Shown here: positions 1-13,858 of the stretch, piece after piece
Numbering within the stretch: the first letter of the stretch is position 1
Layout of the letters: each line of letters starts with the position of its first letter
DNA from: Octopus bimaculoides
Lineage: Eukaryota
DNA: 64,000 nucleotides
Assembly: GCF_001194135.2 (NCBI RefSeq)
Contig: NC_068992.1
Span: forward strand, 47,714,596 to 47,778,595
Reading direction: 5' to 3'
Made by a program: the position numbers and the translations under genes
Notes under the pieces: generated by a model
Seen by the model: the letters and a program-made list of their open reading frames with translations, nothing else
The model's database searches: none
Told to the model about the DNA's origin: nothing

Positions 1-214
1 CCTGTGCCAGTTGAGGTGAGGTTTATTAATTTAATTGCTCCCTACATATTTAATGTATTCAATCCTAATGAGTTGAGGATATTTCCATTGTCCATATATG
101 GATTGTATCTGCAATGCCTTTAACACCCTCTTTACAAAATATTAGCATCCTTGCATCCCTTCTTCTAACGTTTCTGTTTCCATCCTTTTATACAGATATA
201 CACACACATAAAAA

Positions 215-440
215 TAAATTCATCCATCTGTATTTTTTGCCCACTATTCGTGGGAGGGTTGTGGAGGTAGAGTCATCAGGCACCGCATCCATAGAGCCCT
301 GTATGAAACAATTTACATTAGACTTCCACATAGATTCTCATGCATGACCAACTGAGACTACGATATTATCCAAACCGTCTTGTTCTTGGTCTACTCCTAG
401 GTCTCCAACTGGTTGTCATGGCTTGAAGAATGTGATTCTT
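215..440 (-). mobile_element. RTE-clade LINE, decayed 3' fragment
   Basis: The minus strand reads ..RPRSRPRTRRFG*, which resembles the RTE C-terminal motif RPRGRPRTRW(L)DNI with a 1-nt frameshift, followed by a short 3' UTR. Boundaries are approximate. Confidence 0.5.
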
Positions 441-788
441 TCCTACAACATACTAATTACATGTCTGTTGCACTGGAGCCATAATGTCTCATTGCTGAGA
501 AGTAGCAGCTCAGCAGACATGCATACACACATTCAAAAGAAACCAGCTTCTAGAACATCTCCAGTGCTTGATAACATAGTCTTAGACAGAATCAGAATTT
601 GCAAAACTGTAGAACTAATTTTAGCATTTATGTGTATGTATGTGTGTGTGTGTAAATAGATTTTCACACTATAACTGCAAAAATGAGCATTGGTTTATAT
701 TAAAATAAAAAATCAGGAAATATTATGAAAATGTATGAAATGGGAAACAAAATATTTTTCAGAATTAAAAAATATTTCCTAATTTGAG

Positions 789-1075
789 TTCCGAGTTCAG
801 TCTTACTGTGTGGCACTTCTACTATAGCCTCAAGCTAACCAACATTTTGTGAGGGGATTTGGTAGACGGAAACTGAAAGAATTCTGTTGTGTGTGTGTCT
901 GTGTTTGTCAACCACCACTTGACAACAAGTGTTGTGTCCCCAAAACTTAACTGTTCAGCAAAAAGAAATTGGTAGAATAAGGACCAGGCTTAAAAAAAGA
1001 AGTACAGGGGTCTATTCATCCAACTAAAAATTCTTCAAGTATAGCTGCCGTCAAATGACTGAATAAGTAAAAAAG
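789..1075 (+). mobile_element. Decayed tRNA-derived SINE (family A)
   Basis: Shares blocks such as ggcacnttctactatagcct, ggatttggtagacggaaactgaaaga and tagaataagtaccaggct with the intact copies at 4990..5380 and 36867..37252, in the opposite orientation. Confidence 0.65.
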
Positions 1076-1789
1076 AAATCAAATCCCTTACTAACGAACT
1101 TTGTTATTAACCACTCAGTATACTCAGAGCCCTTTCAACATTGTCTGAGTAACTTTTTTGATGGCTATCGAAGTAATATTTAAATCTGAGGAGGCGTTCA
1201 GAATTTTAATCAGTTGTTTTTGTTATTTGCTGGGTTTTTTTTTATACTTGTTTTTACCTGTTTGGGATATCTGGAATCTGAACAATGAGAAGGTGGAAGA
1301 TGTTCCTGAAATTCTTCCCAAGTCTGATATTGGTTGATCAACCCTTTTGAACTAAGAAATATGTCCACAATTAAACAAAGCCATGGTTCAACAGTTCTTT
1401 GAGACTCTGATAATGTGGCTGTTTGGTCATTTTTCTTCTTAGTCATAAATCTTGTAATTGCTTGATGCATTGCACTTTCAGACTAAAGATACGATCAAAT
1501 TTGCAATACTTTTTCCTTGACTCTTCTCACATTTGATTGGGGTCCATTCAAATAGATTTTATCATCAAAACCAGTGTTCGACAGTTCTGCAAACTATTCT
1601 CTCAAAAGACTGGTGTGTATTCAACCATACTTATGGCCATGCTCAACTACTCTCATCCATGTAGGCTTTAAATTCACAGGAATAGTCAAAAATCTATCAA
1701 TACGGTTTTAAACTCTGCTCCACCAAACTGGTTATAATTAATTGCCATATGTGAAATTCATGCAGTTCAATTTCATAATCGTACTTCAG

Positions 1790-2522
1790 TATATCATCAT
1801 CATCATCATCATCATCGTTTAACGTCCGCTTTCCATGCTAGCATGGGTTGGACGATTTGACTGAGGACTGGTGCAACCGGATGGCTACACCAGGCTCCAA
1901 TCTAATTTGGCAGAGTTTCTACAGCTGGATGCCCTTCCTAACGCCAACCACTCAGAGAGTGTAGTGGGTGCTTTTACGTGTCACACGCACGAAAACGGCC
2001 ACGCTCGAAATGGTGTCTTTTATGTGCCACCCGCACAAGAGCCAGTCCAGGGGCACTGGCAACGATCTCGCTCGAAAACCCTACAAGGCCAGTCAGGCGG
2101 TACTGGCAACAGTCACGCTCAGGATGGTACATCTTATGTGCCACCCNNNNNNNNNNNNNNNNNNNNNNNNNNNNNNNNNNNNNNNNNNNNNNNNNNNNNN
2201 NNNNNNNNNNNNNNNNNNNNNNNNNNNNNNNNNNNNNNNNNNNNNNNNNNNNNNNNNNNNNNNNNNNNNNNNNNNNNNNNNNNNNNNNNNNNNNNNNNNN
2301 NNNNNNNNNNNNNNNNNNNNNNNATCTCGCTCGAAAACCCTACAAGGCCAGTCAGGCGGTACTGGCAACGGTCACGCTCAGGATGGTACATCTTATGTGC
2401 CACCCACACAAGAGCCAGTCCAGGGGCACTGGCAACGATCTCACTCGAAAACCCTACAAGGCCAGTCAGGCGGTACTGGCAACAGTCACGCTCAGGATGG
2501 TACATCTTATGTGCCACCCGCA
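1790..2522. repeat. SINE-like repeat (family B) with an internal 114-bp tandem amplification
   Basis: A (CAT)n tail is followed by gtttaacgtccgctttccatgctagcatgggttgg, as at 62065..62280. gtgccacc recurs at 2024/2138 and 2397/2511, a period of 114. Because 114 is 38 codons, this explains the overlapping repetitive ORFs. An N gap lies inside. Confidence 0.8.
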
Positions 2523-3399
2523 CATAACAACATTGCAAATCACTTTTTCTACTTTCACCTTTCCAAATAATATTTTGAATTTACTAACTAGAAAGGACTT
2601 TTTTCACTTTCTTTCTTGGCATAGACATGACTGAGTGAGAAGAAGTTTACTCCTCAACCACATGGTTTTGTGTTCAGTTCTATGGTATAGCACCTTGGGA
2701 AAGAGGTCTTATGCTACAGTCTTGGGAAAAGATCAAGGCCTAGTGAGTAGATTTTATAAACAAAAACTGTAAGATGCCTGTCGTATGTGTGCGTGTGCGT
2801 GTGTGTGTTACTGTTGCTTTGCCTTGACATCATGGGAGAGTTGTGAGTGTCACGTTCATGTAGGCGGTGTCTTTCATTTCCAAATTTTGTGAAAATATGT
2901 CAGGTTATGGTGAAATGTTACTTCACATGGAAACAGGAAGAGCATCTGGCCATAGAAAATCTGCCACAACATACACCGTTCAACCCATGAAAGTATAGAA
3001 AAATGGATGTAATGCCGATGATGATTTGTAAAATTATTGTGTTCAGATTTTATGTCTTAGATGACAACAAATGTGTTTAGAAGAACAATTTGTTGTGTTT
3101 CCTCAGAAACTCGGTCGCTATAAGCAGTAGCAATGAGTTACAACACCTGTTTCTGCATCCTCAGGTTCATCTTTTGGATTCTCTTAATCACTGAAACAAT
3201 CTTCAACTCAATATTCGACATTTTCAACACCTTCAATCATTACTGATATCATTTTTAACAATCATTATTTCACTGATCACTATCAGTTCAGTATGTGGAG
3301 GTTCATAAGAACCAATCAATACTTGAGCTGTTATTGATTGTAGATAAAGCAAAGCCAGTGCTAGAACTGATCCCAAATGGTACCATTCTTCCAAAATTT

Positions 3400-3669
3400 T
3401 CACCAATATTTAATGCATTTTGAATAGCTAATGCACAAGCAATAGAAACAATAATCTTCCTTTATTTTACTGCAGCCACATTCACTGGGTCAAATTTTCC
3501 ATCTCATTTGCTAAAATCAATATTCAAAGGATGTCTTCATCTATTTTTATCAGTTGGTATTTGTTGTGACGATATACATTTGGACAATTACTGCATTTAA
3601 TGAATTTAGAATTTTGGCATGTTAGAACTGAAATCTAACAGGACTACAGCAGAACTACTACCTGGCATT
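3400..3669 (-). mobile_element. Possible decayed THAP-domain DNA transposon remnant
   Basis: The minus frame reads MPGSSSAVV...SKCISSQQIPTDKNR*RH...K*DGKFDPVNVAAV..ACAL, loosely like a THAP N-terminus. Two TGA stops sit where CGA (Arg) would be expected after CpG decay. The match is weak and by eye only. Confidence 0.2.
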
Positions 3670-4258
3670 ACTTCTGTGCTATGTCAGGTTAAACAAAAAT
3701 GTCACTTTGAGAAAAAATAACAGTTTTTGATATTTTAAAATGAACTGAAATTTTTCAGCCAATTAAAAATCATAGCAACCATTTTTTCAAATTATGAAAT
3801 TCACATTTTTTATGTAGAGCATTATGGTGGTCTCAATGATGTGTGCATTTGTGTGTATATGATTATATGTGCACACATATATGTAGCTTAGTGGTTAAAG
3901 AGTTACACCCTCGATCATAAGGTTATGGGTTCAATTCCTTGACTAATTGATACATTGTGTCCTTGAGTAAGGCACTTCATTTCATGTTAATCTAATCTAC
4001 TCAGTGCACCCTCTTTTCAACTGTCAGATCATAATTAAGGTAAGAGTTGGCAAACAAGCTGACAATGAAACCATAGAGACAGTATTTCCATTTGTTTTTC
4101 AAATTGCTTTTCTTCTTGTTTTACTTCATCCATTCATTATATTCACTGCTTCATTCATTCTCCATTTCTCACTTTCTCTTACACCCATGCAACCTCCACC
4201 ATCCATACTCCAATACTTCTACCTTCATTCACTTCAACTCGCTGCTTATGTTTATAGT

Positions 4259-4294
<36 letters not shown>

Positions 4295-4604
4295 CATCAC
4301 TGAAATTTTTACCTCTTCCCCAATTCACCCTCTTCACTTTCATCCTCTTCTAAAACATGAATATCCATGCGATGTTACTACCTCAAAAATCTTGTTATGT
4401 GTTGTCCTTGTCTCCCATATTTTAACCTCACCTCTCCTAGCATGAAACCACCCCTCTCTAAGTTTGTAGTCTTGCAAGCTGTGTGATGACCTTACAAGTA
4501 CAGGTAGCATGAAGAAAATCATCTTGTACATGCTGTAAATTGGTTGGTGTTAGGAAGGGCATCCAGCCACAGAAGTAATGGCACAGCAAACAGTATGACC
4601 CTTG

Positions 4605-4770
4605 CAGGGCCAACCCTAGGGTTGCTGATGCCCTGGACAAGCTGAACTTTGGTATGTACAAGCTGTTGGTTGTCAAAATTTCCTTGTCTTTGCCATGCAT
4701 TCCTTGGTGCTCCATAGCACATGGCACCCTGGGCGACTGACTGAGTTCCTGGTACCTTGAGCCAGCTCTG
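4605..4770. mobile_element. hAT-superfamily MITE, 166 bp
   Basis: A perfect 8-bp target-site duplication GACCCTTG sits at 4597..4604 and 4771..4778. The imperfect terminal inverted repeats are CAGGGCCAACCCTAGG and the reverse complement CAGAGCTGGCTCAAGG. Confidence 0.8.
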
Positions 4771-4989
4771 GACCCTTGGATCAGTTTGATTCTGTTATTC
4801 TGCCACAGACTAGAACAAGAGCATTAAATGTTGATGAAAACGATCAGCTACAATTCTCAATGGAAGTATTGCTGTTTATCAGTGATGAGGCAAAGTTTGG
4901 ACTCAGATTACAGAGGTCCAGAATAAATATGGCAAGGCATGCAATCCATCCGTCAAAGTGTTCTGCTAATACACAACCCTGAATTACTT

Positions 4990-5380
4990 GTTTACTCTTT
5001 TACTCTTTTACTTGCTTCAGTCATTTGACTGCGGCCATGCTGGAGCACTGCCTTTAGTCGAGTAAATCGACCCTAGGACTTATTCTTTGTAAGCCTAGTA
5101 CTTATTCTATCGGTCTCTTTTTGCTGAACCGCTAAGTTACAGGGATGTAAACACACCAGCATCGGTTGTCAAGCGGTGTTGGGGGGGACAAACATATACA
5201 CACACATGCATATATACATATATACGACGGGTTTCTTTCAGTTTCCGTCTACCAAATCCACTCACAAGGCATTGGTCGGCTCAAGGCTATAGTAGAAGAC
5301 ACTTGCCCAAGGTGCCACGCAGTAGGACTGAACCCGAAACCATGTGGTTGATAAGCAAGCTACTTACCACACAGCCACTC
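4990..5380 (-). mobile_element. tRNA-derived SINE (family A), near full length
   Basis: Closely similar to 36867..37252 along its length. It has a tRNA-like head on the minus strand (gagtggctgtgtggtaagtagcttgc...gggttcagtcc) and a (tactctt)n tail. Confidence 0.85.
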
Positions 5381-5819
5381 GATTTTTTTTCTTTTTATTG
5401 ACTTCCATAGAATAAAACACAAACTTAACCTTAGCAGGATTTGAAACCTGAGCACAGAGAACTGGAATAAATGCAATAAGGCATTCTATCAAAAATTCTA
5501 ACAGCTCTGCCGACTCACTGTCTTATGAATAATTTCTTGTAACTATATTGCGCAATATTCTAAAAGAATAAAGAGAAAGATTCCCATTCTGATCTGTGAT
5601 TTAAAGAAAATATAGAAGACATCTATTTCAGAATACTGTGTTTTGAGAAACGTGACTCTAATCAGCTGGCATGTAAAAAAAGATAGAATACCACCATGAC
5701 CGATATCATAAAGCTATCATTCATTTTGTGATTAGGTACAAAAACTGTCTGGAAAGGACAAATGTACCAAAAGCAGATGCATTTTATATCAACCAGAATG
5801 AAATCACCTTTCAATATTC

Positions 5820-6125
5820 ATATGTGTGTGTATGTGTGTGTGTGCACGAGTATCTATCTCTACGTATACTGTATGCATCTATTTGAATGTGTATATGTAT
5901 TCATGCATACATATACATGTTGCTGCATGAATGAATATGTGCATGAGTGTGTCTATGTATATGTGTGTGTGTGTGTGACGTGTGCATACAGACACACACA
6001 TAAAATCACAATTTGCAGGTGATAAATGGGTTAATTAAGTAAGTTATTTCTTAAAAAAGATTCCCTCATTGCTTTGTATTCTGTTGATTAGATCTCCTGT
6101 CTCATAATGACATTTTCTATTTCAT

Positions 6126-6179
<54 letters not shown>

Positions 6180-6328
6180 CATACAAATATATGTATGTAT
6201 ATTATTTATATGTCTGTATNNNNNNNNNNNNNNNNNNNNNNNNNNNNNNNNNNNNNNNNNNNNNNNNNNNNNNNNNNNNNNNNNNNNNNNNNNNNNNNNN
6301 NNNNNNNNNNNNNNNNNNNNNNNNNNNN

Positions 6329-6363
<35 letters not shown>

Positions 6364-7532
6364 CATTCATGCACAAACACATATACACACACAAGTAAGC
6401 ACATGCAGACATACACATGCACACGCGCACGCACGCTCACACACACACACACACACACACATGTATATGTGCATGTGTATCTAAAAAAGAATTCACTAAA
6501 TCTCCATAGAAAGTAAACTTACTGAGATTATCAATTTCTTGATTGATATTCTTATTAATTATTGATTTCTTTTTGTTTTTGTTTATTATGAAAGTTGTAC
6601 ATTTAATATTTTTCATTATTTCTACAATTTTCAGTTAGTTGTGATTTTTTGTACTTTTTTTCATTTAAGTTTTTTAAAACTGACATTTTTTTTTTAGAAA
6701 ATACACACACACATACAAGCAGTCAATCTACACACATATACACATAATGTGCATGTGTATTTCTGTGAGTGCATGCAAGTTTGTGTGTGTAATGGGTGCA
6801 TACCAGCATGGGAATTGGTTGTAAAATGGTGGTGGTGCTGCTGCTGCATGTATGTGTGTGTGCATACACGCACACACACACACAAATATGATATATTCAC
6901 ACATATAAATATATATTATATACACACACATATGCACATAATCATACATATATACATGTATTATACACAGGAATGTGATCATATATATTCATAAAGAAAT
7001 ATATAGGTGTATAATGTTACACATATGTATATACATTCTGTATTGCTATTCTCATCATTATTTTAAACCTATATATGTGTATATATGTGTGTGATTATGA
7101 AATGACTTTATTATATAAGTGTATGAGCTTTTATACATACTTATATACATATATACATAGGTATACACATACATATATACATACATATATATATATGTGG
7201 TAAGAGAGAGAAGATAAGTAAATAAGCACCCATATATATATGTGCGTATGTGTAATATGTAATAAACATTCCTAATAATTTTATTGTTGATTTCTTTGTT
7301 TTTCATTATTCCTCTTCCTTATTTTCCTTTTCTAAAAATAATAAATTCATTTGTTGTCATTTTTTTATGTTTGTTTTTCGCCCCTTTGTTTAAATATTTT
7401 TTCTCTTTCCAATTTTATTTATTTTTTTTTTTTTTTTAGCAGCTGAAAAATTAAATTTATCAATTATTATCTAATGAAAACACACACAAACAAAACACAA
7501 CAAATTTTCTAATATTTCTTTTTTCCTTTTCG

Positions 7533-7577
<45 letters not shown>

Positions 7578-8031
7578 TTTTTTGCAGCTTTAACGAAGTT
7601 AGCTGGCTAAATTGCAAGGAAACGTCTAACAGAAGTGCTCACATTTTAGAAGTCTAACCATTATTTTATTTCGTATATTTTTTTCCATTTTTTTAATTTT
7701 TGCTGTTGTTGGTATTTATTTTTGTTTCTTTGATATTCATTGATTCTATCCACTAACCATTTCTAGCAAGCCACTCTGCCAAGCAAATCTAACCAAACCG
7801 ATATGGGTAGAAACGCATTTTATCTGTGCAGCTGCTGCTTTCTCTGTGCAAATTATATTAACGATAAATTCTCTTGAGACGTGAGCAGTGCTTCCAAAGA
7901 TTTCATTTTGCATGAAAACAGGCCAAGTTTAACTTAACTTCCTTCTATAATATTCTAGATTCATAGCTATGGACCATAATTGTAGTCTGATCAATATATG
8001 AATGTCTGTAAGGTATTCTATACATGCATGT

Positions 8032-8070
<39 letters not shown>

Positions 8071-8274
8071 NNNNNNNNNNTATATATATATATATATATA
8101 TATATATGCATGTATATACATATATATACACATACATATACATTCATACAGACATACATATATACACACATACATGCTTATAAAGACCTTCACACAAACA
8201 CATATATCAATATATATATATATGTGTGTATATTATATATACATTCAAGCTTATACATACGTACACATATATAT

Positions 8275-8320
<46 letters not shown>

Positions 8321-9039
8321 CTGCACATGTATATTTGCAGTGTGAGTATGTGTGTCTGTGAATATAGAAAGGAAACAAAACTCAAGAGTTAGTTCTGAGG
8401 TCATCCACTTGTATCATACTTACATGTATTACAGTGGTGCTTGTAATGCTGGATTACCTAATCTTGGCCCAATGTACATCAGGCAGGAGGATATAATTCA
8501 GCCTTAAATCCTCAATGAAACACTTGTAAGAATGACAATTAAATACTTTCAAATCTCACTCTCTGGTCATGCATTTTCTATGTATATTCTGCTGTGTTCT
8601 TTATCACCATGGATTCCAGTAACAAGAAACTTCAACTGAATATATGAGTTCTCAGCACAAATATATATATATATANNNNNNNNNNNNNNNNNNNNNNNNN
8701 NNNNNNNNNNNNNNNNNNNNNNNNNNNNNNNNNNNNNNNNNNNNNNNNNNNNNNNNNNNNNNNNNNNNNNNNNNNNNNNNNNNNNNNNNNNNNNNNNNNN
8801 NNNNNNNNNNNNNNNNNNNNNNNNNNNNNNNNNNNNNNNNNNNNNNNNNNNNNNNNNNNNNNNNNNNNNNNNNNNNNNNNNNNNNNNNNNNNNNNNNNNN
8901 NNNNNNNNNNNNNNNNNNNNNNNNNNNNNNNNNNNNNNNNNNNNNNNNNNNNNNNNNNNNNNNNNNNNNNNNNNNNNNNNNNNNNNNNNNNNNNNNNNNN
9001 NNNNNNNNNNNNNNNNNNNNNNNNNNNNNNNNNNNNNNN

Positions 9040-9081
<42 letters not shown>

Positions 9082-10082
9082 TATGTATATATACACATTT
9101 ATACACATATAAACATATATAAATACATACATTTATATACACATGCTGATGATGATATGATGGCTGCCAACTCATTAATCAAGAATGACTCTTCTCAGCA
9201 CCAGTACTGTCAGGTGGTGGTGAAGCATGATCTTTGAACTTTGGGCCTCATAGAGGCAATGACCAGTGACTGAGACTTTGGACGAGCCAAGTGAAATAGT
9301 AGTCATGGCCAATGCTGGTGTTACATAACTGGCATGTGAAAAGCACATTTCAAGCACTGGGCCTCACAGAGGCATGGTGGCTGATGCTGGTGGCATGTGA
9401 AAAGCACATTTTGACTGGTGGACCTCACGGAGGCAATGACAAATGACTGAGACCTTTGGCATTATGTTGTGCTTGTGAAGAAGACGCATCGAGCCAAGTG
9501 AAAGCAGATACTGGCACCCGTACAGGTGGCACATAAATCAACTCATTACAGTGTCAAAGTGGTTGCCATAAGGAAGTGCATCCAGCCGTAGAAACCATGC
9601 CAAATTAGACAAGGGTCTGGTACGACCTTCCAACATGCCAGCCCTGGTTAACCATCGAATCCGTGCCAACATGGATAAGACATTAAATGAAGATGATGAT
9701 GATGATGATGCTGATGATATATTAATATTTGTTATTATATCAATTTATAATAAAAACAAAGAAACATTAAATTGAAGAATTACTGAATTCATTGTGTAGA
9801 GTACATATTTCTTATACTTTAACAAAAAGAGGGTTGTTCAGTCACTTCTAAGTTTCAAACTGCTAGTCTTCATCAGGTGAAGGTTAGTGTGCATGTATGT
9901 GTGTGTGTGTATGTGTGAGTGTGTGTAAGTGAGAGAGAGAGAGAGAGAAATCGAGAGAGATCTGAAGTCACTTCCCAAGTAAGTAAATCCTTAAGAAAAA
10001 TATATGTATAGACACTCACATACACACACACACATATATATATGTATGCATATATATCTATGTGTGTGTTTATATATATGCA

Positions 10083-10118
<36 letters not shown>

Positions 10119-11093
10119 TGCATACATACATATATATATATATGCACGCATACATATATATGCATGTATACATATATACATATGCACGAATACACATATA
10201 TGCACACATACATATATATATATATGCATGTATACATATACACATAGACATGCATGCATATATATGCACACATACACATATATATACAGGTACACATATA
10301 TTCATATGCACATATACATATATGCATGCATATATATATGTATGCATACATATATATGCATGTATACATATATATGAACGCATACATATATACATATGCA
10401 TACATACATATATATTATATATATATTTATATATAGCGATTAATATAACTGACAGATATATTTCACTCCACAACAATGCAATAGAAGATTGATGATATCA
10501 CATTGTTGATATCATAAAATAAATTAAACAGTTCCCACAATGCACAGGGATACATACAGCTGGGAATTCACCCAGAATTCCTTTGTGTTTATGTGTCTAT
10601 ATAACACACACACACACACATATATATATATATGAACAATAGATACATATATGAATATTTGTTTACTGTACAAGACAAATAGTTTCTGCCTATGATTAAC
10701 TACTTAATAGGGTAAAGTGTTAAATGCCCCCACTGCATACTTGTGGGTGATTTGGGGATAAACAACAGCGTTTTTACTCTATCAACTCCTCGTGCCACAA
10801 ACCCTGTTTCTCATTTCTAACATATCTGTGTACTATCACATCTTACTTAACATATATACAAATGAACACACATAGACATTCGTTTACATACAGATGCACA
10901 GACACACACAAACATATGCATACGTATGTACATGCACTTTGCAATGTGTTTACATACACAAACACATATACACACACACACATACACACTTACACAAACA
11001 TATTTATATGTACATACACTCAGAAACACATTTCTGCATACATACATATACATACACACACATATGCAGAAATATATATATATGGATGTAAAT

Positions 11094-11126
<33 letters not shown>

Positions 11127-11459
11127 CATACACACACAAACACATTTGCACATATATATGCACACACTAAGATACACATACATTCACATATATTATACAT
11201 ACTAACATATTTATACATACAAAGATATATGTATATATACACATATATATATATATATATATATACACCCACACGCACATGCACCCCACACATGAATATA
11301 CACACACATCAGCCCTCATAATCAAAGATCAAAGACAAAGTTGGTATTACCAAAATACAGAGAGGGAAAAATACATGAAAATAGGAACAAAGAGAGCAAG
11401 AAGGAAAGATAGGGAGGACGAAAGAAAGAGAGAGAAAAAGAGAGAGAGTAGAAGAAAGT

Positions 11460-11498
<39 letters not shown>

Positions 11499-11500
11499 CG
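5820..11500. repeat. Microsatellite field: (TA)n, (CA)n, degenerate (TACA/TATG)n and (GA)n, with N gaps
   Basis: Directly visible. It produces the [12 protein letters not shown] pseudo-ORFs. Similar fields lie at 14500..16000, 19860..20400, 21450..22100, 40380..40640 and 59090..59282. Confidence 0.95.
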
Positions 11501-11902
11501 ATGATGAAAAATGTATTTATCTCTCTAATAAATATGCAAAAGGAATATAACAAAGACATATATATATATATATATATAGGCATAGGAAAGACATATAGCA
11601 ATCATATAGTAAAGATACAAAAGTCATCTGACAGACATGTGAAATAGATATAGCATATAAGACACAGAGGTTTAACATATAGCAAGTACCAAATTTTAAA
11701 CAGAGAAAAAAATAACAACCAACAAAAAACATAGTATATCAGAGATGTATATAGATTATATCGCAGATATATAATAAATATACAGCGAATATATCTGGAA
11801 TATACAACAGGCATATAACAGATATGAAACCTGATATATAACAGATATATTGCAGACCCACAACAAATATATAAATTAGACACACAAACACACACATATA
11901 TG

Positions 11903-11938
<36 letters not shown>

Positions 11939-12581
11939 TATCATCATTATTATTATCATTTAACATCATCCTCCTATGCTGGCATGGGTTGGATGGTTTG
12001 ATAGAAGATGGCCAGGAAGGAGCCTGTGCCAGGCATCTGTGCATGTTTTACTGTGGTTTTTATGGCTGGATGCCCTTCCCCATACCAACCACTCTGCAGA
12101 GTGAGCCTGGTGCTTTTTATGTGGCACCAACACATCTATACACACACACATACACACATTAATATATAAACATATATATACACACACACGTGTGCATAAA
12201 TATATATTTATATAGGTGTGTAGATGCTTGTCTGACCGTATGCATGCATGTATATGTGTGTAAATATTTGCAGCCAAGGGTGTATGATTAATGAGTTTGC
12301 TTCCCACCCATATGGTATTGTTTCAATCTTACTGCATGGCACTTAGTGCAGATGCCTTCTGCTATAACCCCAGACCAACAACAGTGGATTTTGTTGATGA
12401 AAACTGAAAAAGGCCCAGTTATAAACATATATAAATACATAAACCATATATATTTAGGGGCATAAAATATCCATATATATCCATATATATATATATATTT
12501 AAATCCAAGAAAGTTAGGGGTTGTGAATCCAACCCACTAAGGGATAATATTTATCCAATATACTGCTGGAAGAATTGTTGT

Positions 12582-12868
12582 TAACTCCGTCACTTACGAC
12601 GTTGAGGGTTCCAGTTGATCCGATCAACTGAACAGCCTGCTCATGAAATTAATGTGCGAGTGGCTGAGCACTCCACAGACACGTGTACCCTTAACGTAGT
12701 TCTCGGGGATATTCAGCATGACAGAGAGTGACAAGGCTGACCCTTTGAATTACAGGCACAACAGAAACAGGAAGTAAGAGTGAGAGAAAGTTGTAGTGAA
12801 AGAGTACAGCACGGTTCGCCACCATCGCCTGCCGGAGCCTCGTGGAGCTTTTAGGTGTTTTTCGCTCT
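12582..12868 (-). mobile_element. SINE (family D), 5'-truncated
   Basis: Shares gttctcggggatattcagc..gacaaggctg..cctttgaa..acagaaacaggaag..gagcctcgtggagctttta with 19071..19330. It contains the hairpin cagttgatccgatcaactg. Confidence 0.8.
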
Positions 12869-13826
12869 TCCTATAATAATATTGTATATGACTTGAGATG
12901 TTTGCCTTGCCTTAATGTTTGACATCCTGTTTAACAATTATATATCCACTGCATCAGAAATCTGCAATGGCTCCCTAACTACTGTCTTGGCTATAACCTT
13001 GGAGCCCCAGTAATCCATCACAGCACTTACCTAGCGTACATAATCGTTTAGATCACCTGTTAACTAAACCTCCCCATACTTTGTGTGTATGTGTGTGTAT
13101 ATATATATATATATATACACTTTCACTACAATGAGATGTTGTTGTTGAGAGACAAATACAGCGAGAGAGGGAGAGGAAGTGTGTAGGTGTGAAATATAGA
13201 TAGATGTCACGATACTAATTAGCAAGCTTTGATTGGAAGCAGGAATAAGAGATACAAGATACAGTGCACTAGTATCTAAAACAATCAAGCAACGTGATAC
13301 ATGGCTATTCTAATCAGAGGGAGCTTCAACTGTGAAGCGGGGTGTCCAGTAAGCTGGCAAAAACACTATATTGGTTGTTATTAATAATTTAGCCTTAGTG
13401 TGAAAAAATATATACTGCCACGAAAAATGCCATAAAATATTGCTGACAATATTTACAATTCTATGAATATGTGGTGGTTTCCATGAACAATTATTAGCTC
13501 TGTGAAGAACCGGGACCGCAAATGTAGAACTGCAAATCAGCAGAGGTACACTGTGTGCGTGTGAGTATATATATANNNNNNNNNNNNNNNNNNNNNNNNN
13601 NNNNNNNNNNNNNNNNNNNNNNNNNNNNNNNNNNNNNNNNNNNNNNNNNNNNNNNNNNNNNNNNNNNNNNNNNNNNNNNNNNNNNNNNNNNNNNNNNNNN
13701 NNNNNNNNNNNNNNNNNNNNNNNNNNNNNNNNNNNNNNNNNNNNNNNNNNNNNNNNNNNNNNNNNNNNNNNNNNNNNNNNNNNNNNNNNNNNNNNNNNNN
13801 NNNNNNNNNNNNNNNNNNATATATAC

Positions 13827-13858
<32 letters not shown>

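Noticed and set aside
1100-1780. 86-aa minus ORF in non-repetitive sequence, possibly transposase-derived
   Set aside because: No diagnostic motif recognised. A tBLASTn search against Dfam or Repbase would be needed.
1978-2522. Repeat array superficially like a CRISPR array
   Set aside because: The units are contiguous near-identical repeats without unique spacers, the context is eukaryotic, and there are no cas genes.
1871-2634. 200-218 aa repetitive ORFs in all three plus frames
   Set aside because: Explained by a 114-bp stop-free tandem unit in a SINE and by an N gap.
13031-13056. 26-nt minus-strand segment between acag| and |gtaagt, reading GDLNDYVR*
   Set aside because: Too short to distinguish from chance without transcript data.
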